Source: Mobula hypostoma (lineage: Eukaryota). From it: DNA of 64,000 bases. The notes below the pieces were generated by a model, which worked only from the letters and a program-made list of their open reading frames with translations, ran no database searches and had not been told where the DNA came from. How positions within the stretch are numbered: position 1 is the stretch's first letter; every line of letters begins with the position of its first letter. Positions 1-12,370 of the stretch are shown one piece after another. Location of the stretch: positions 117,244,001 to 117,308,000 of the forward strand of contig NC_086097.1 of assembly GCF_963921235.1 (NCBI RefSeq), given 5' to 3'. A program made the translations under genes and the position numbers.

Positions 1-110
1 AATACAACACACATCGAACCTTGAAGTGGATGGGCTACAGCAGCAGAAGACCATGAACATTCACTCAGTGGCCAGTTTATTAGGTACCATCTGTAACGTG
101 GCCACTGATT
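1..110 (+). mobile_element. 3' end of Tc1-derived non-autonomous element (family A; terminal hairpin 62-110)
   Basis: CACTCAGTGGCCAGTTTATTAGGTAC...GTGGCCACTGA matches the ends of the copies at 52712-53254 and 54683-55518; cut by the window edge. Confidence 0.75.
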
Positions 111-269
111 GAATGCTATGTTCACTGCAGTAGCTCAATTGCAATTCATTATCTGCCAATAAACGAAACAAGAGCTGTGTGGGAGGCCACCATCACTGTC
201 TCCAAACCATGTTTCGTCCTTCCGGAGCTTTAATTTGCCAACAGTCCTGCATGACTTCTAATAGATTAG

Positions 270-515
270 GTGCCATGATAGCGTAGTGCTCAGCATAATT
301 CTATTACAGTGACTGCAGCCCGTGTTTAGTTCCACCACTGTCTGTAATGTGTTGGTACGTTCTCCCCATGAGGGCGTAGGTTTCCACAGTGTGCTCCAGT
401 TTCCTCTCACATTGTAAAGCTGTACAAGTTAGTGCATCTTTCAAATGGGAGTGATTGCGCAGCATGTGCTCGGTGGGCTGGAAGGCCCGTTACCTTCATG
501 TATTCCCAACAAAAA
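270..515 (+). mobile_element. tRNA-derived V-SINE (HE1-like), decayed
   Basis: tRNA-like head followed by V-domain-like gtacgttctccccatga...ggtttcc...gtgctccagtttcctctcacatt. Confidence 0.7.
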
Positions 516-532
516 TTAAAAGAATGCCACTA

Positions 533-605
533 ATTGGCTGACCTACATGGCACTGACATGAGACACCATTGGCTGACCCACATGACACTGACATGAGATA
601 CCATT
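533..605. repeat. 35-bp tandem duplication
   Basis: ggctgacc(t/c)acatg(g/a)cactgacatgaga(c/t)accatt twice. Confidence 0.85.
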
Positions 606-1030
606 TCCCAGCAAGGGTTACGTTGGAGTAGCTGGGAACCCCCGAACTGGGCTGAACTTACTTCTAAAATGCACAGTTAGACTTCTCATCACGCAGCTTA
701 CAGTAAGCCTTGAAACACTCACATTATGTGGTAACAGGGGGCGATCCTGAGGCTGAGGCAGAAGATTAGAGGGTAGATTTTACTTCCCCTACAGTCTGTT
801 GGGCTCATACAATTGGATAGAGTGGTGGTGGTACAAGTCTGTCACTGTGGAATACTGGTTTATAATACTCATGGCTGGACCTCTGCAGCCATACATTACG
901 GGGCTGGTTCCCACAGGTGTGTCACAGTGTAAAACTGGCAGGAAAGGCTGTTGAGGAAAGGACAGTCACAGTATAAATTGGGATACATTAATGATAGGGA
1001 CAGGTTATTCATTGCTTACGCTGGGATAGA

Positions 1031-1487
1031 CACTCAGTGGCCACTTCAATCCGTACAATAGTAGAACCTGATGTGAGTTTTGTTGCTGTTGTACTTCAAG
1101 GTTCAACGTATTGTGCATTTGGAGATGCTCTTCTCCACACAACTGTTATAGCACATGATTATCTGAGTTACTATCACCTTCCTGTCAGCTTCAACCAGTC
1201 TGGTCTTTCTCCCCCGACCTCTGTCATTAAAAAGGCCTTTTCGCCCACAAAACTGCAGTTTCTGAGATACTCAAGCCACCCTGTCTGGCACCAACACCCA
1301 TTCCCTGGTCAAAGTCACTTGGATCACATTTCTCCCCCATTTTGATGTTTGGTCTAAGCAACAACAGAACCTTTTGACCATGTCTACATGTTTTTATGCA
1401 TTGAGCAGCTGCCACATGATTGGCTGATTGGATATTTGCTTTAACGAGTGGGTGTACGGGTGTACATAATAAAGTGGCCACTGAGTG
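1031..1487 (-). mobile_element. Tc1-derived non-autonomous element (family A)
   Basis: TIRs CACTCAGTGGCCACTT / AAAGTGGCCACTGAGTG; minus strand encodes Tc1 N-terminal HTH remnant MGEKCDPSDFDQGMGVGARQGGLSISETA. Confidence 0.85.
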
Positions 1488-1871
1488 CTTATGGTTTGGA
1501 GCAGATGATGGTGTTCCAGCACAAAGCTCTTGTTCTTTTCATTGGTGGAGAATGAAGTGCGGCTGAAATAGCTTCAGTGAACCTAATTTATATCATTAAA
1601 AGAAAGCAACTAGTGGAGAATGTGTCCATAGATAATTTTGAGATCCTTACGTAATGTGAGAGCTGAAGGCAGACAACCTATTGGCCATTATTCCAGAACA
1701 CCTCATTGAACCTTGCAGAGAATAACTAATCCTCCCTCTGGTAGCTTTTCCCTCCCACTCTCATCTTCTTCTCTTCCCTACTCTGGCCTTCTACCTCTTC
1801 TTACCTGCCAATCAGCACAACATGGTGGGCCGAAGGACCTGTACTGTGCTGTAATGTTCTACGTTCTAAGT

Positions 1872-2820
1872 AAGACCATTACACCATAAGATATCAGAGC
1901 AGAAGCAGGCCATTCAGCTCATCAAGTCTGCTCTGTCATTCAATCATGGGCTGATCCAATTCTTCCAGTCATCTCCACTCCCCTGCCTTCTTCCCATACC
2001 ATTTGATGCCCTGGCTAATCAAGAACCTATCTATCTCTGCCTTAAATGCACCCAATGACTAGGCCTCCACAGCCACTCGTGGCAACAAATTCCACAGATT
2101 TATCACCCTCTGACCAAAGTAATTTCTTCGCATCTCAGGTCTAAAAGACGTTCTTCAATCCTCAAGTTGTGCCCTCTTGTCCTAGAATCCCCTACCATAG
2201 GAAATAACTTTGCCATTTGTAATCTGTTCAGGCCTTTTAACATTCAGAAGGTTTCTGCGGGATCCCCTGTCATTCTCATGAACTCCAGGGAATACAGCAC
2301 AAGAGCTGCCAGATGTTCCTCATATGGTAACCCTTTCATTCCTGGAATCATTCTCGTGAATCTTCTCTGAACTCTTACCAATGTCAGTATATCCTTTCTA
2401 AAATAAGGAGCCCATAACTGCACACAATACTCCAATTTCAGTCTCATGAGTGCCTTATTGAGCCTCAACATCACATCCCTGCTCTTATATTCTATACCTC
2501 TAGAAATGAATGCCAACATTACATTCGCCTTCTTCGCCACCGACTCAACCTGTAGGTTAAACTTTAGGGTATCCTGCACAAGGACTCCCAAGTCCCTTTG
2601 CATCTCTGTATTTTGAATTCTCTCCCTATCTAAATAATAGTCTGCCCATACCATACACTTTCCAACATTGTATTTCATTTGCCACTTCTTTGACCATTCC
2701 CCTAAACAATCTAAGTCTCTCTGCAGGCTCTCTGTTTCCTCAACACTACCTGCGCCTCCACCTATCTTTGTGTCATCAACAAATTTAGGCACAAATCCAT
2801 TCATACCGTAGTCCAAATAG
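1872..2820 (-). mobile_element. CR1 LINE, 5'-truncated (RT C-terminus and 3' UTR)
   Basis: KFVDDTKIGG, WQMKYNVGKC, RDLGVLVQD, LEYCVQLWAP, VQRRFTRMIPG; (tcttatgg)-type tail. Confidence 0.95.
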
Positions 2821-3249
2821 GTAAATTTGGGCATTAAGGGAAGTCACCTGTGTCATCATTTCAAAGCGATACACATTTAGCAGTAAACATCAGTACTTGG
2901 CAGCAGCACAAATGAGGCAGAGGAGAATATCAACTTTTATCGAAAGTGGGTTGAAGCTTCGCATAAGTGAGATATGCACACTTTACTGCCAGAGGCAGTG
3001 TGCCAACAGCATGTGTTCCGAGAGCTTATTGGAAGGAACTGACTAACGAAATGATATTGATGATATGGAAAATCCCTGGCAAAAGCAAAATATTTTGGAT
3101 GCTGTGAATCAGATATGTATACTAGAAATATTCTGTAAGACAGGCATCATCTGCCAAGAGAGAAACACTTCTATTGCTTCAGGTCAGTCACTTTTCATTG
3201 GAATTGGGAATAGTTAAGCAAGAAGCAACCTTCAAGCTGTGCCGTCCGG

Positions 3250-3465
3250 CAACCTCTGATTCAACCCTGGCCTAATCATGGGACAGTTTACAAAGACCAA
3301 CTCACCTACCAATGGGTACATCTTTGGAATGTGGGAGAAAACCAGGGAACCCAGAGGAAACATACATGGTCACAAGGAGATCGTACAAACTCTTTACGGG
3401 CAGTGGCAGGAATTGAACCCCTTTCGCTGGTTCTGTAAAGTGTTGTGCTAACCACTGTGTTACTG
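3250..3465 (-). mobile_element. V-SINE (HE1-like)
   Basis: reverse strand reads A-box-like gtggttagcac, B-box-like ggttcaattcc, then the V domain. Confidence 0.8.
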
Positions 3466-3805
3466 AGACTCCAGAACGATTAGTGTGGTGGAAAGTGAGG
3501 GCAATGGGAGTCATATCTTGGTGTTGGTAATGGAATTATTTTTTTATCAATGTAAACTTTACTCATAATAAAAGAAGTTATTTAAAAGAAGAAACCACAC
3601 ATGCCTCCTTATTCTAACGTTTGTTGTTAATGAGTTATGTAGTGCTCTATTACATTTGTTAATTACAGGACTGTTGCCACTCAGTTGGCCCCTGAGGTGC
3701 TACATTGCTACAGAAACTGAGGGGCTTCCTCACCTAAGCTGGCCAGTCCCAGTCTCATTGCGGAAGAATGTAACACAGAGGTCCTTGCCCACGTAGTGGA
3801 CCAAA

Positions 3806-4218
3806 AGACCATAAGACAAAGGAGCAGAAGTCGGCCATTCAGCCCATCGAGTCTGCTCCGCCATTTTATCATGAGCTGATCCATTCTCCCATTTAGTCCC
3901 AGTCCCCTGCCTTCTCACCATAACCTTTGATACCCTGGCTACTCAGATACCTATCAATCTCTGCCTTAAATACACACAATGACTTGGCCTGCACTGCCAC
4001 CCATGGTAACAGATTCCATAGATTCACCACCCTCTGACAAAAAATTTCTTCGCATCTCTGATCTGAATGGGCGCCCTTCAATCCTTAAGTCATGCCCTCT
4101 CGTACTAGGCTCCCCCATCATGGGAAGCAACTTTGCCACATCCACTCTGTCCATGCCTTTCGACATTTGAAATGTTTCTGTGAGGTCCCCCCTCATTCTT
4201 CTAAACTCAAGGAACTCT
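3806..4218 (-). mobile_element. CR1 LINE 3' end
   Basis: EFRRMRGDLTETF...RGHDLRIEGRPFR...QRVVNLWNLLP; tail tcttatggtct. Confidence 0.92.
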
Positions 4219-5060
4219 ACTCCCCGTGATGGCCACACCGAGCTTTGATGTTAGCTCTCAGCATGTGCTCTTGCTGCCTGGAATGTGCCAGTCTGCAGAA
4301 GTAGAATTCCTCTATGGACATCTTGAAGATCTGGCTAACCAGCGAGTTTTAGGCATAACAAAGGTTCCCTTCCTCCGAGTTGACAATCTGCCGTCAGCCC
4401 TCGATGCTGGTCTGCACGTGTGTACTTGGGAACGGCCCATAGATCAGAGAGACCCGTGTCACGCAGCTGCCTGAGTGAACCACGACAATGCCTTTGCACC
4501 TGCGTCCACGCCCTAATCGCAAGCCCCACTGTCCGCAAAGTGGTGAGCGAGTGTCTCGTCGCCACTCCTCTCCTCGCAGTGGGAGTGATGCCCTGACCAT
4601 GAAGGAAGGATCTGATTTGGAGGGCCCATCTCACTGCAGACCAGGCAAGGTCCTGGTGCCTGCTGGTGTGGCCTGGCCATGATGTATTCTGATGGATGGT
4701 TTGAGAGTCTGCTCAGGGAACAACCCGACTCTATTCACCGAGTCCTTCTCTTGCATCATCGGCAGGGCATTCTGTGCTAACCAAGTCCACAGCCTGATGA
4801 ACTTGTGTTCAAAGGCGTTGGCCCTGAAGAATCTTCCCACAAAGGACTGGGAGTGCAGCAATATCTAGCTGAGTGGACGTTGTGTAGGAATGGGGCCCGA
4901 CCCATCTTGCACAACATCGGAGAGGGTCAGAACCTCGGCACGCAAAGGTACTTGGTGCCCACATACGTGGGTTCCACTCACAGCTGTGTTGCAGCCACAC
5001 AGTGAAAGAGGGACTGTGCCCTGTTGTGAGCCTGTCAACCATGATTGAGGAAGTTCCATG
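4219..5060 (-). mobile_element. Tx1-clade (L1 group) LINE ORF2 C-terminal fragment, decayed
   Basis: minus-strand translation SCVTRVSLIYGPFPSTHVQT...CRLAHSRQQEHMLR resembles the Tx1-type ORF2 C-terminus as recalled (LYGLFPGTH...CRLAHSKVQDYVLR); stops and frameshifts present. Confidence 0.7.
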
Positions 5061-5419
5061 GCCGAAGAAAAGGAAAAGCACAATGGCAACATACTGGGTA
5101 TACTCAGCAGGCCCAGCCCCACCAGGGAAACAGAGTTAATGTCTCAGATTAAAGGCCTTGCATTGGCACTGGGAAGATTTGATAATTAGCAGATTCTAAG
5201 ATTGTCAGAGTAACAGGAGTTTAGAGAAGGGAAATTTTGTGATCTAGTGGAGGACAGGAAAGATTAAATTAAAAAAGACAGCACAAGTGATAGAATAGAA
5301 TGATTGAAGTGTAGTTTTAAAGATTGCAATTTAACTTGTGCATTGGGATTGGCTGCCAATCCATACACCTGAAGGAATTTTGCATTTGTTGGGATCCCAG
5401 TGGCTTTCCTTCTCCAAGG

Positions 5420-5850
5420 ATTATCACCTTATCGTGGTGGAAAGGCTTGTGAGTTCCTGAGATTCCGAGACTGATGCCGTCTGGTGTGTACCCACTGAGT
5501 GCTTAGCCCCTGGTAGGGTCACCCATGGTGCGAAGGTCAAGGGGAAGACTCTAGATAAAGAACAGTTGTAGCAAGACCTCAACGGTGGAGCCGGCGTGGG
5601 AGGACAACACATCACAATGACAGTGAAGGCGGAGGAAGGCTGCGGCAGTGAAGGGTTCCCAGTCATCTTGCCTTCCGTGCCACTGGATCCTGCCCTTGAG
5701 ATGTTAAGGTCTCTCTGGTGACTGCCCACGCATTGACCTCCCCACATTTAACAAAGTCAGGCATGGGTATTCTCCATTAAGAGAATCCATCCAAACATCC
5801 TGAATATGTGGATCCGGGATTGGCCTCTCCTGAGGACCCGCCCCTTAGGA
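5420..5850 (+). mobile_element. non-autonomous element with RTE-type 5' UTR
   Basis: gcccctggtagggtcacccatgg...ggtcaagggg...agataaagaacag resembles fish RTE 5' leaders (recognition only); no ORF. Confidence 0.45.
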
Positions 5851-6179
5851 GAACATCATACTCAACTCGAGTGATCACTCTTCTAGTGTTTGTACAATGC
5901 AAAAAAAAAACATAGGCATTATTAAAATATCACCTGACAATTTTCTTATAGTTCTGCTAGAAAAGTAAGATTAAGATCCAGAGAATTAAAAATTAAAGGC
6001 AGCTTTAATTTAATATAGAGAAGGATGTAAGACAATTTCTTCAAGCATTTGTACCTTTAGGTTAATAATTAAATATCAAGGACATTGATACCCACAGAGC
6101 TAACTTTAATGAGTCTATTAAACTGTTGAATAAAATAAGAAATGAGGGAGAAACATCTTCCTGGCGTTGGACGAAGGAA

Positions 6180-6600
6180 TTCAAAGGTTCAAAGGGTCAA
6201 TTTAATGTCAGAGAAATGTATACAATATACATCCTGAAATACGTTTCCTTCACAAACATCCACGAAAACAGAGAAGTGCCCCAAAGAATGAACGACAGTT
6301 AAACATGAGAACCCGAAAGCCCCCCCCCAGCTATCCCCCTCCCGTGCGTAAGTGGCAGCAAGGCAACTATAACCCCCTCCCCCCCCCGGCAAAACAAGCG
6401 CACCCGCTACCGAGCTCAAGTGTGAGCTAAGCGATATCAAAGACACAGACCTTGCAGTTACCCCAAAGGCTATCACCATTCATCCGGCATTCGGCAACCC
6501 ACAGGTTCTCTCTGTCCCCAATAAGGAAGAGGGAGGCATCCCCCATTTTCACAGCAAGCGGGAGACATAACAACAACCCGCTGGTTTACCATGTTAAAAA
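6180..6600 (-). repeat. non-coding interspersed repeat (SINE-like), homologous to 28046-28450
   Basis: reverse complement aligns with 28046-28450 (tttcaggatgta..tgtatacatttctctgacattaaat); short-repeat tail. Confidence 0.8.
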
Positions 6601-6624
6601 GTCCATTTTGTCACTTTTTTTTTA

Positions 6625-7040
6625 GATTATTAGGTTATGAGAACACTCAGTCCTCTTTTATTGTCATTTAGAAATGCATACATGCATTAAGAAATGATAC
6701 AATGTTCCTCCGGAGAGGTATCACAGAAAACAGGACAAACCAAAGACTAACACTGACAGAACCACATAATTATAACATATAGTTACAGCAGTGCAAAACA
6801 ATACCATAATTTGATGAAGAACAGACCATGAGCATGGTAAAAAAAAGTCTCAAGTCCCGATCGACTCCTATAGTCCCCGATAGCAGGCGGCAAAAGGGAG
6901 AAAGTCCCTGCCATAAACCTCTAAGGCACCGACAACTACCAATGCCTTGGAAGCAGCCGACCACAGCCGACACCAGGTCCGTCTGTCTGAAAACATCAGG
7001 CCTCCGACCAGCCCCTCCGATACAGCCTCCTGGGCGCCAT
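6625..7040 (-). repeat. non-coding SINE-like repeat with Rex1/L2-type tail
   Basis: minus-strand tail tgacaataaaagagg; GC-rich 5' part; unclassified. Confidence 0.5.
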
Positions 7041-7384
7041 AACATCGTGCATTCTTTTTTTAAGTGATCAACTCACGTCATAAGAGTGGATTGATCACTG
7101 CCCTCAACCTATCTCACTTAAAAAAATAGAGTAAGGTAGGGTAGTGAATTTGGGTTCTTTTTAATGATTCTTTAGGTGTAAGACTTTACACCTTATCAAG
7201 GTCCCGATTGTGACATTGTAAACAATTCAGAATGATTACCTGACACACGAACTCTGCTGCTATCTCAGTCAGTACTGTCATACCTGCTGAGCTTTCGTTT
7301 CAGATTTTCAGTATTTCAGATATTTTACATAGGTAATGCTAATGAATAATTTAAAGAAAATTGCTGATGGACATAGAGCTAAGA

Positions 7385-7775
7385 GCACAGAACTCCACAG
7401 CACAATACAGGCCCTTTGGCCCACAATATTGTGCCAATCTTTCTAAGATTAAACTAACTCTTCCCTCCAAGACAGAACCTCCATTTTTCTATCATCCACG
7501 TGCCTATGTAAGAGTCCCTTTAGTGTCCCGATGCCTTGATGACCATTCCAGTCAGAGCATTCCACACATCCACCACTCTCTGTGTCAAAAACTTCTCCCT
7601 GACATTCCCCCTATACTTTACTTCAATCACTTAAAATTAGGGCTCTTGGATTAGTGATTTCTGCCTTGGGAAAAAAGTCTCAGACTGTCTATTCGATCTA
7701 TGCCTCGTATCATCTTGTATACCTCTATTAAGTCACCTCTAATTCTTCTTCTCTACAAAGGAAAAAGCCCTAGCG
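7385..7775 (-). mobile_element. CR1 3' end, decayed
   Basis: agaggtgacttaatagaggtatacaagat...cacagagagtggtgg...gggccaaagggcctgtattgtg on the minus strand. Confidence 0.8.
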
Positions 7776-7879
7776 TGATCAAAGTTCAAAATTCAAAGTA
7801 CACTTATTATCAAAGTATGCATTAATTATACAATCTTGAGCTTTGTCTCCTTGCAGGCAGCCACAAACCAAAGTAACAC

Positions 7880-8747
7880 AATAATTGAGGCAGCTGATTC
7901 TCGTTGGGGCTGGCTGCATAAATACCTCCAGAGACCAGGGTGTGGCTGCTGGATTGTTCTTGTCCTTACTCCTTGTATCCCTTGCTCTGCCTTCTGTTTC
8001 CTCGCCTGAAGCCCTACCTTGGCTTGCTGATAACTCTTGCCTTGCCTGAAGTTCTCGTCTCGCCTTGCTTTTCCAGAAGCCTTGCCTTGTCTTGCTAGTA
8101 ACTCTCATCTCGCAGTCTTGTCCTGGAGCCACCCTGTACCTAACTCCCTTCCTGTCCCTTGCCTCCACCTAGGTAAGCCAGGCTGTCTTGCCGTTACCTG
8201 CGGTTGGTTCTGTCCCTTCCTGTTCCTTGCCTCTGTCAGGTGGTGATCCGCGCCCTGCCCAGGAGGAGCCTCTAGCCTCTAGCCTCAAGCCTGAAGATTC
8301 CAGCCTCCTGCCTCCTGCCAAGCCTCACCTCAAGCCTCTAGCCTCTAGCCTCAAGCCTGAAGACTCCAGCCTCCTGCCAAGCCTCGCTTCTAGTCTATAG
8401 CTTCTAGCCTGAAGACTCCAGCCTCCTGATTCCTGCCAAGCCTCGCCTCAAGTCTCCAGCCACTAGCCTCTAGCCTCAAGCCTGAAGACTCCAGCCTCCT
8501 GCCTCCAGCCAAGCCTCGCCCTTGCGTAGTTCTGGGGTCAGAACCAGAGGCAAGACCCAGGTACTGGGTCCTTGTCCAGTCTCTGGCTCGGAGTCCAAGC
8601 CCGGGCTCCTAGCTTTCTTGTCCAGTCCTGTTGTTCCTGGTTTTCCTGTCCATGTCCTTGCTCTCACCCTGTATCCTAGTCCTGTCCCTAGTACTTCAGT
8701 GTCTGTGTCTTGCACTTGGGTCCATTCCCAGCCACCACCTTATGACA
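7880..8747 (+). mobile_element. Gypsy-like LTR (5' end obscured) with internal tandem repeat
   Basis: TATA-like cataaata near 7917; ends tcttgcacttgggtcc...tatgaCA like fish Gypsy LTRs; no TSD found. Confidence 0.5.
8268..8522. repeat. ~55-65-bp tandem repeat, about 4 copies
   Basis: gcctctagcctcaagcctgaaga(c/t)tccagcctcctgcc repeated. Confidence 0.9.
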
Positions 8748-9254
8748 TAGAGAGGGTGCAGAGGAGATTTATCAGCATGCTGCCTCGCACTTGGACTTGG
8801 GCCCTTCTGCTTTGATACTCTCCTTGGCCCAGGCCCACCACCTCGATTCGACCCAGTGCTTAAATTATTCAAACCTCATGTCTTCCCTTACTTGATGGCC
8901 CGGGTTTCGCATCCGCTCACCTCACCTCAAATTGCCTCCAAGTGCACTCCAGCAATGGCCAAGCATTGGCTGACTCCTGGCTCTCGTGCCTGGGGCAAGC
9001 CGCCTCGGTTCAGGCCATACCAGCCACACTACAACTGTTCTGCACCTTCAAGATTTCAGTTCACACTGCAAAAATGCTAGGTTATACAGATGGTTCAAAA
9101 GCTCAACTCTGAAAGAGAATTATAGGTTATTGATTACAGAGAGTGTTCACCAGAAAAAGTGTGATTGATAAAGTAGTCAGTATTTTTCTTTGTTTTGCCT
9201 GCCGTCGGCAAGTAGTCACTGAGCCTCCCCAGCAGCACCTTAAACTGGAAACCT

Positions 9255-9490
9255 AACCTCATATGTTCTCTAATCCAGACAGTATGCTGATAAATCTCCT
9301 CTGCACCCTCTCTAAAGTTTCCACATCTTTCCTATAACGAGGCCATCAGAACTGAACACAGTACTCCAAGTGTGGTCTAGCCAGGGTTTTATAGATCTGC
9401 AACATTACCTTGTGGCTCTTGAACTCAGTACCCCAACTAATGAAGACCAACACACCACATGCCTTCTTAACAACCCTATCAACTTTCGAG
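9255..9490 (-). mobile_element. CR1 ORF2 fragment
   Basis: actgaacacagtactccaagtgtggtct = RPHLEYCVQF on the minus strand. Confidence 0.85.
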
Positions 9491-10049
9491 GGATCTTTGG
9501 ATATTTATTCTCTCTAAATCAGCAATGTTCAAATGTTAGGAAGGGTTGGTTCATGAAATATTTGTTAATCAATGGCAAGCAATTTTTCATAAGAGATTGT
9601 TGGGTAGAAGAAGCAGGAACACAACAATAAGATCAATTATTTATGAAGACTATTTTATCAGAATCCATATTGAGAGCATAGAATCATCTAGACCATTAGT
9701 GTGTATCCAGAAATTTTGGGAAATTAGCTCTAGGAGAAAAGTATACTTTATCATTATTGTCAGGTTCTCTTCCAAATTATACATCTTTCTAACATGGAAA
9801 TATAGCTCATTTCCTAGGTCTACATCCTAGGAAACCCTGATGAACATTATTGTAGAAATAACCTTCACTCGAAGGACAGCAGTGAATAAAGAGTTTGGCT
9901 CAAATCCCAAAGATTGATGTGCCTGCAAATTTAAGAAAAATATATGTTTTTTTCAAGAACAGGAATGCTTTAAGATACCATACTTTGAGAAGCAAGAACT
10001 ATGCAGGAGAAAACCCTATTGTTAATCACAGCCTTCCTCAGACGGCCTG

Positions 10050-10785
10050 CTGATGTGCTGGCATTGGAGAGGGTCTTGAGGAAGTTCATGAGAATGATCC
10101 CAGGCATGAAAGAGTTAACGTACGAGGAGCTCTGGGTCTGTACTCGCTGAAATTTAGAAGAAGAGGAAAGATTGAGACTTATCGAATATTGAAAGGCATA
10201 GAGAGAATAGAATGGATCTGGAGAGGATCTTTCTAATAGTGAGGGAGTCTGGACCAGAGAGCATGTCCTCAGAAAACAAAAGCATCCCTTTAGAACAGAG
10301 AAAAGGAGGGATTTCATAAGCCAGAGGGTGGTGAATCTGTGGAGTTTATTGTCATAGATAGCTATGGAAACTGAGTCATTGGCTATACATATTTAAAGTG
10401 GAGGTTGAGAGGTTCTTGACTAGTAAAGACATCAAAGGTTATGGGGAGAAGGCAGGAGAATGAGGTAAAGAGGGTGTGGTAAACCATGTATATATGTTGT
10501 AACTCGGTTACCTGTCTGGACACACCCCTCTGCTGACTGCCCCTGTGGCTCCTCCCACAGAGTCCTGTAGAAAGGTTTTTGCCTTGCTCCTCCCCCTCAG
10601 TCCGGGGGCAGACACTCACTCTGGAGGTCGTATTGGGCAGCGAATAAAAGCCTTTCAGTATTTTACCAAACCTCAGTCTTCTGGAGTAATTGAACGTGCT
10701 TCAGAGGGATAATAAATTGGCCATGTTGGAATGGTGGAGCAGACTTGATGGGTTGAATGGCCTTATTATCCTTCCAGGTCTTTTG
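10050..10785 (+). mobile_element. CR1 3' end interrupted by a solo LTR
   Basis: gatgtgctggcattggagaggg...ccagagggtggtgaatctgtgg...gcagacttgatgggttgaatggcct. Confidence 0.9.
10475..10703 (+). mobile_element. 229-bp solo LTR
   Basis: TG...CA termini; 5-bp TSD GAGGG (10470-10474, 10704-10708); AATAAA at 10643; removing it restores the CR1 3' UTR. Confidence 0.85.
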
Positions 10786-11569
10786 TACAGTTCGGTCCAA
10801 AATGATTTGCTATATATGGATATCAAAAAATGTGCGGATCTGATAATCTGAACTGAATCTGAAACACTCTGCAGAAGTCAGTCTGCAACTGTAGAAAGAG
10901 AAGCAAAATATTTCAGATTGATCAGAACCACAATGATGCATCAGAATGTATCCCAAATTAAACAGTGCCCTATGAAACCAGCTTTAAAAATTATTCATGT
11001 ATGGCATGGCCACACTAATGCTTTCATTTCTGATACTCTTCTGTAATCAAACCACCCAGGGGAGTCTCTGCAAATTTTAAATTTGAATGCAAGTGCATCA
11101 GAAACTGGGGCTATTAGAAAATGCCCAAGATTGTTATTTCGTTAAAAGTATTAAATTGAAATAGAATAAATTTTGATGTTGAATATTTTGAACCACAGTT
11201 CCTCGCTCAGTGCTTGAAAAAATTATAATTCAGCAAGTGATTTTGAGAATTCTGTGTTACTGTAGTAGACCTCTAGGATTTTCTTTAAACAATCATTCTT
11301 TGCTCTGTTTGCTGGGTCAATCTACCCATAATTATTACACAGAAATATATTTAAATCATCTACATCTGAGACCCCAGAATCCAGCCAGTATATGCTCTAA
11401 TAAAACCCAGTTCTGATGAGATCTGAGAACGGTTTGAAATCCCTCTGACCAACACCGCTTGAGGGGTTTCCACTGAAAGTGATGGAGGTCACTGGGCGTA
11501 CCCCTCATGTTCCAGGTGAGGATAGTCAAGGTGGGCAGTAGCAATAGTTCCTCAGCCTTGATGCCAAAA

Positions 11570-12370
11570 TGTTGATCAATACTCCTGACATCATCATGTC
11601 ATTGATACTCCAGGTTGCCACGGGACGGTCAGAAATCACTTACTTGCTGCAGTTGGTAAAACTCCATCTTCCTCAGAACATCCTGGTGCAATTCTACCCT
11701 GCCATCATAGACAGCATCTCCACATCAGCCGTTACTGTCTGGTCTGGTGTAGCATTCCCTCACGATATATGGAGACTCCAGAGAACTGTCAGGTCAGTAG
11801 CTGCAGTCCGCCATCACTGCAGGACTTCTATGTCGAGCACAGGAAAAATCATTGCGGACTCTTCCCACCCCAGAAAACTGCCCTTTTGAAAGCTCCCTTC
11901 TGGAAAGTTCTATAGGGCTATTAAAATGGAAGCTTTACACCATCTGAGATGTTGCCTCCACCGAGAAGTTAATTTGATCCGCCACGCTAATTAGACCCCC
12001 AACACCCCGTCTACTACTTCAGTCACTGCATACAAAGTGCTAGAGGAACTCAGCAAGCCTAGAAGCTTCTATGGAAAGGAATAAACAGGCAACGTTTTGG
12101 GCTGAGACCGTTCATCAGATTAACCATTCTAGTTAGCGCCTGCCTACTTCCCTCAGTCATTTCACTGCACTTTAAACACATTAAATCACTTTGTATAATG
12201 CTGTTTGCATTGTAAATACTGACAATAATGCATTTATATACATTTAATTCTTTTTCTATACAGTTCTTTTTCTTTATACATAATTGTTGAATGCGGTTAT
12301 ATGTCACACCGACACACCACAGCAAATTTGTAATACGGGCAAATGTATGTGGTGAATAAAGTTGATCCGT
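11570..12370 (+). mobile_element. Rex1/Babar-type LINE 3' fragment containing a small Penelope-derived insert (~12030-12125)
   Basis: LPQNILVQFYPAIIDSISTSAVTVW...LQRTVRS...DSSHP; tail ggtgaataaagttgatcc. Confidence 0.75.

Noticed and set aside
8188..8400. repetitive LASSLKPEDSS protein
   Set aside because: translation of a tandem repeat; no splice or homology support
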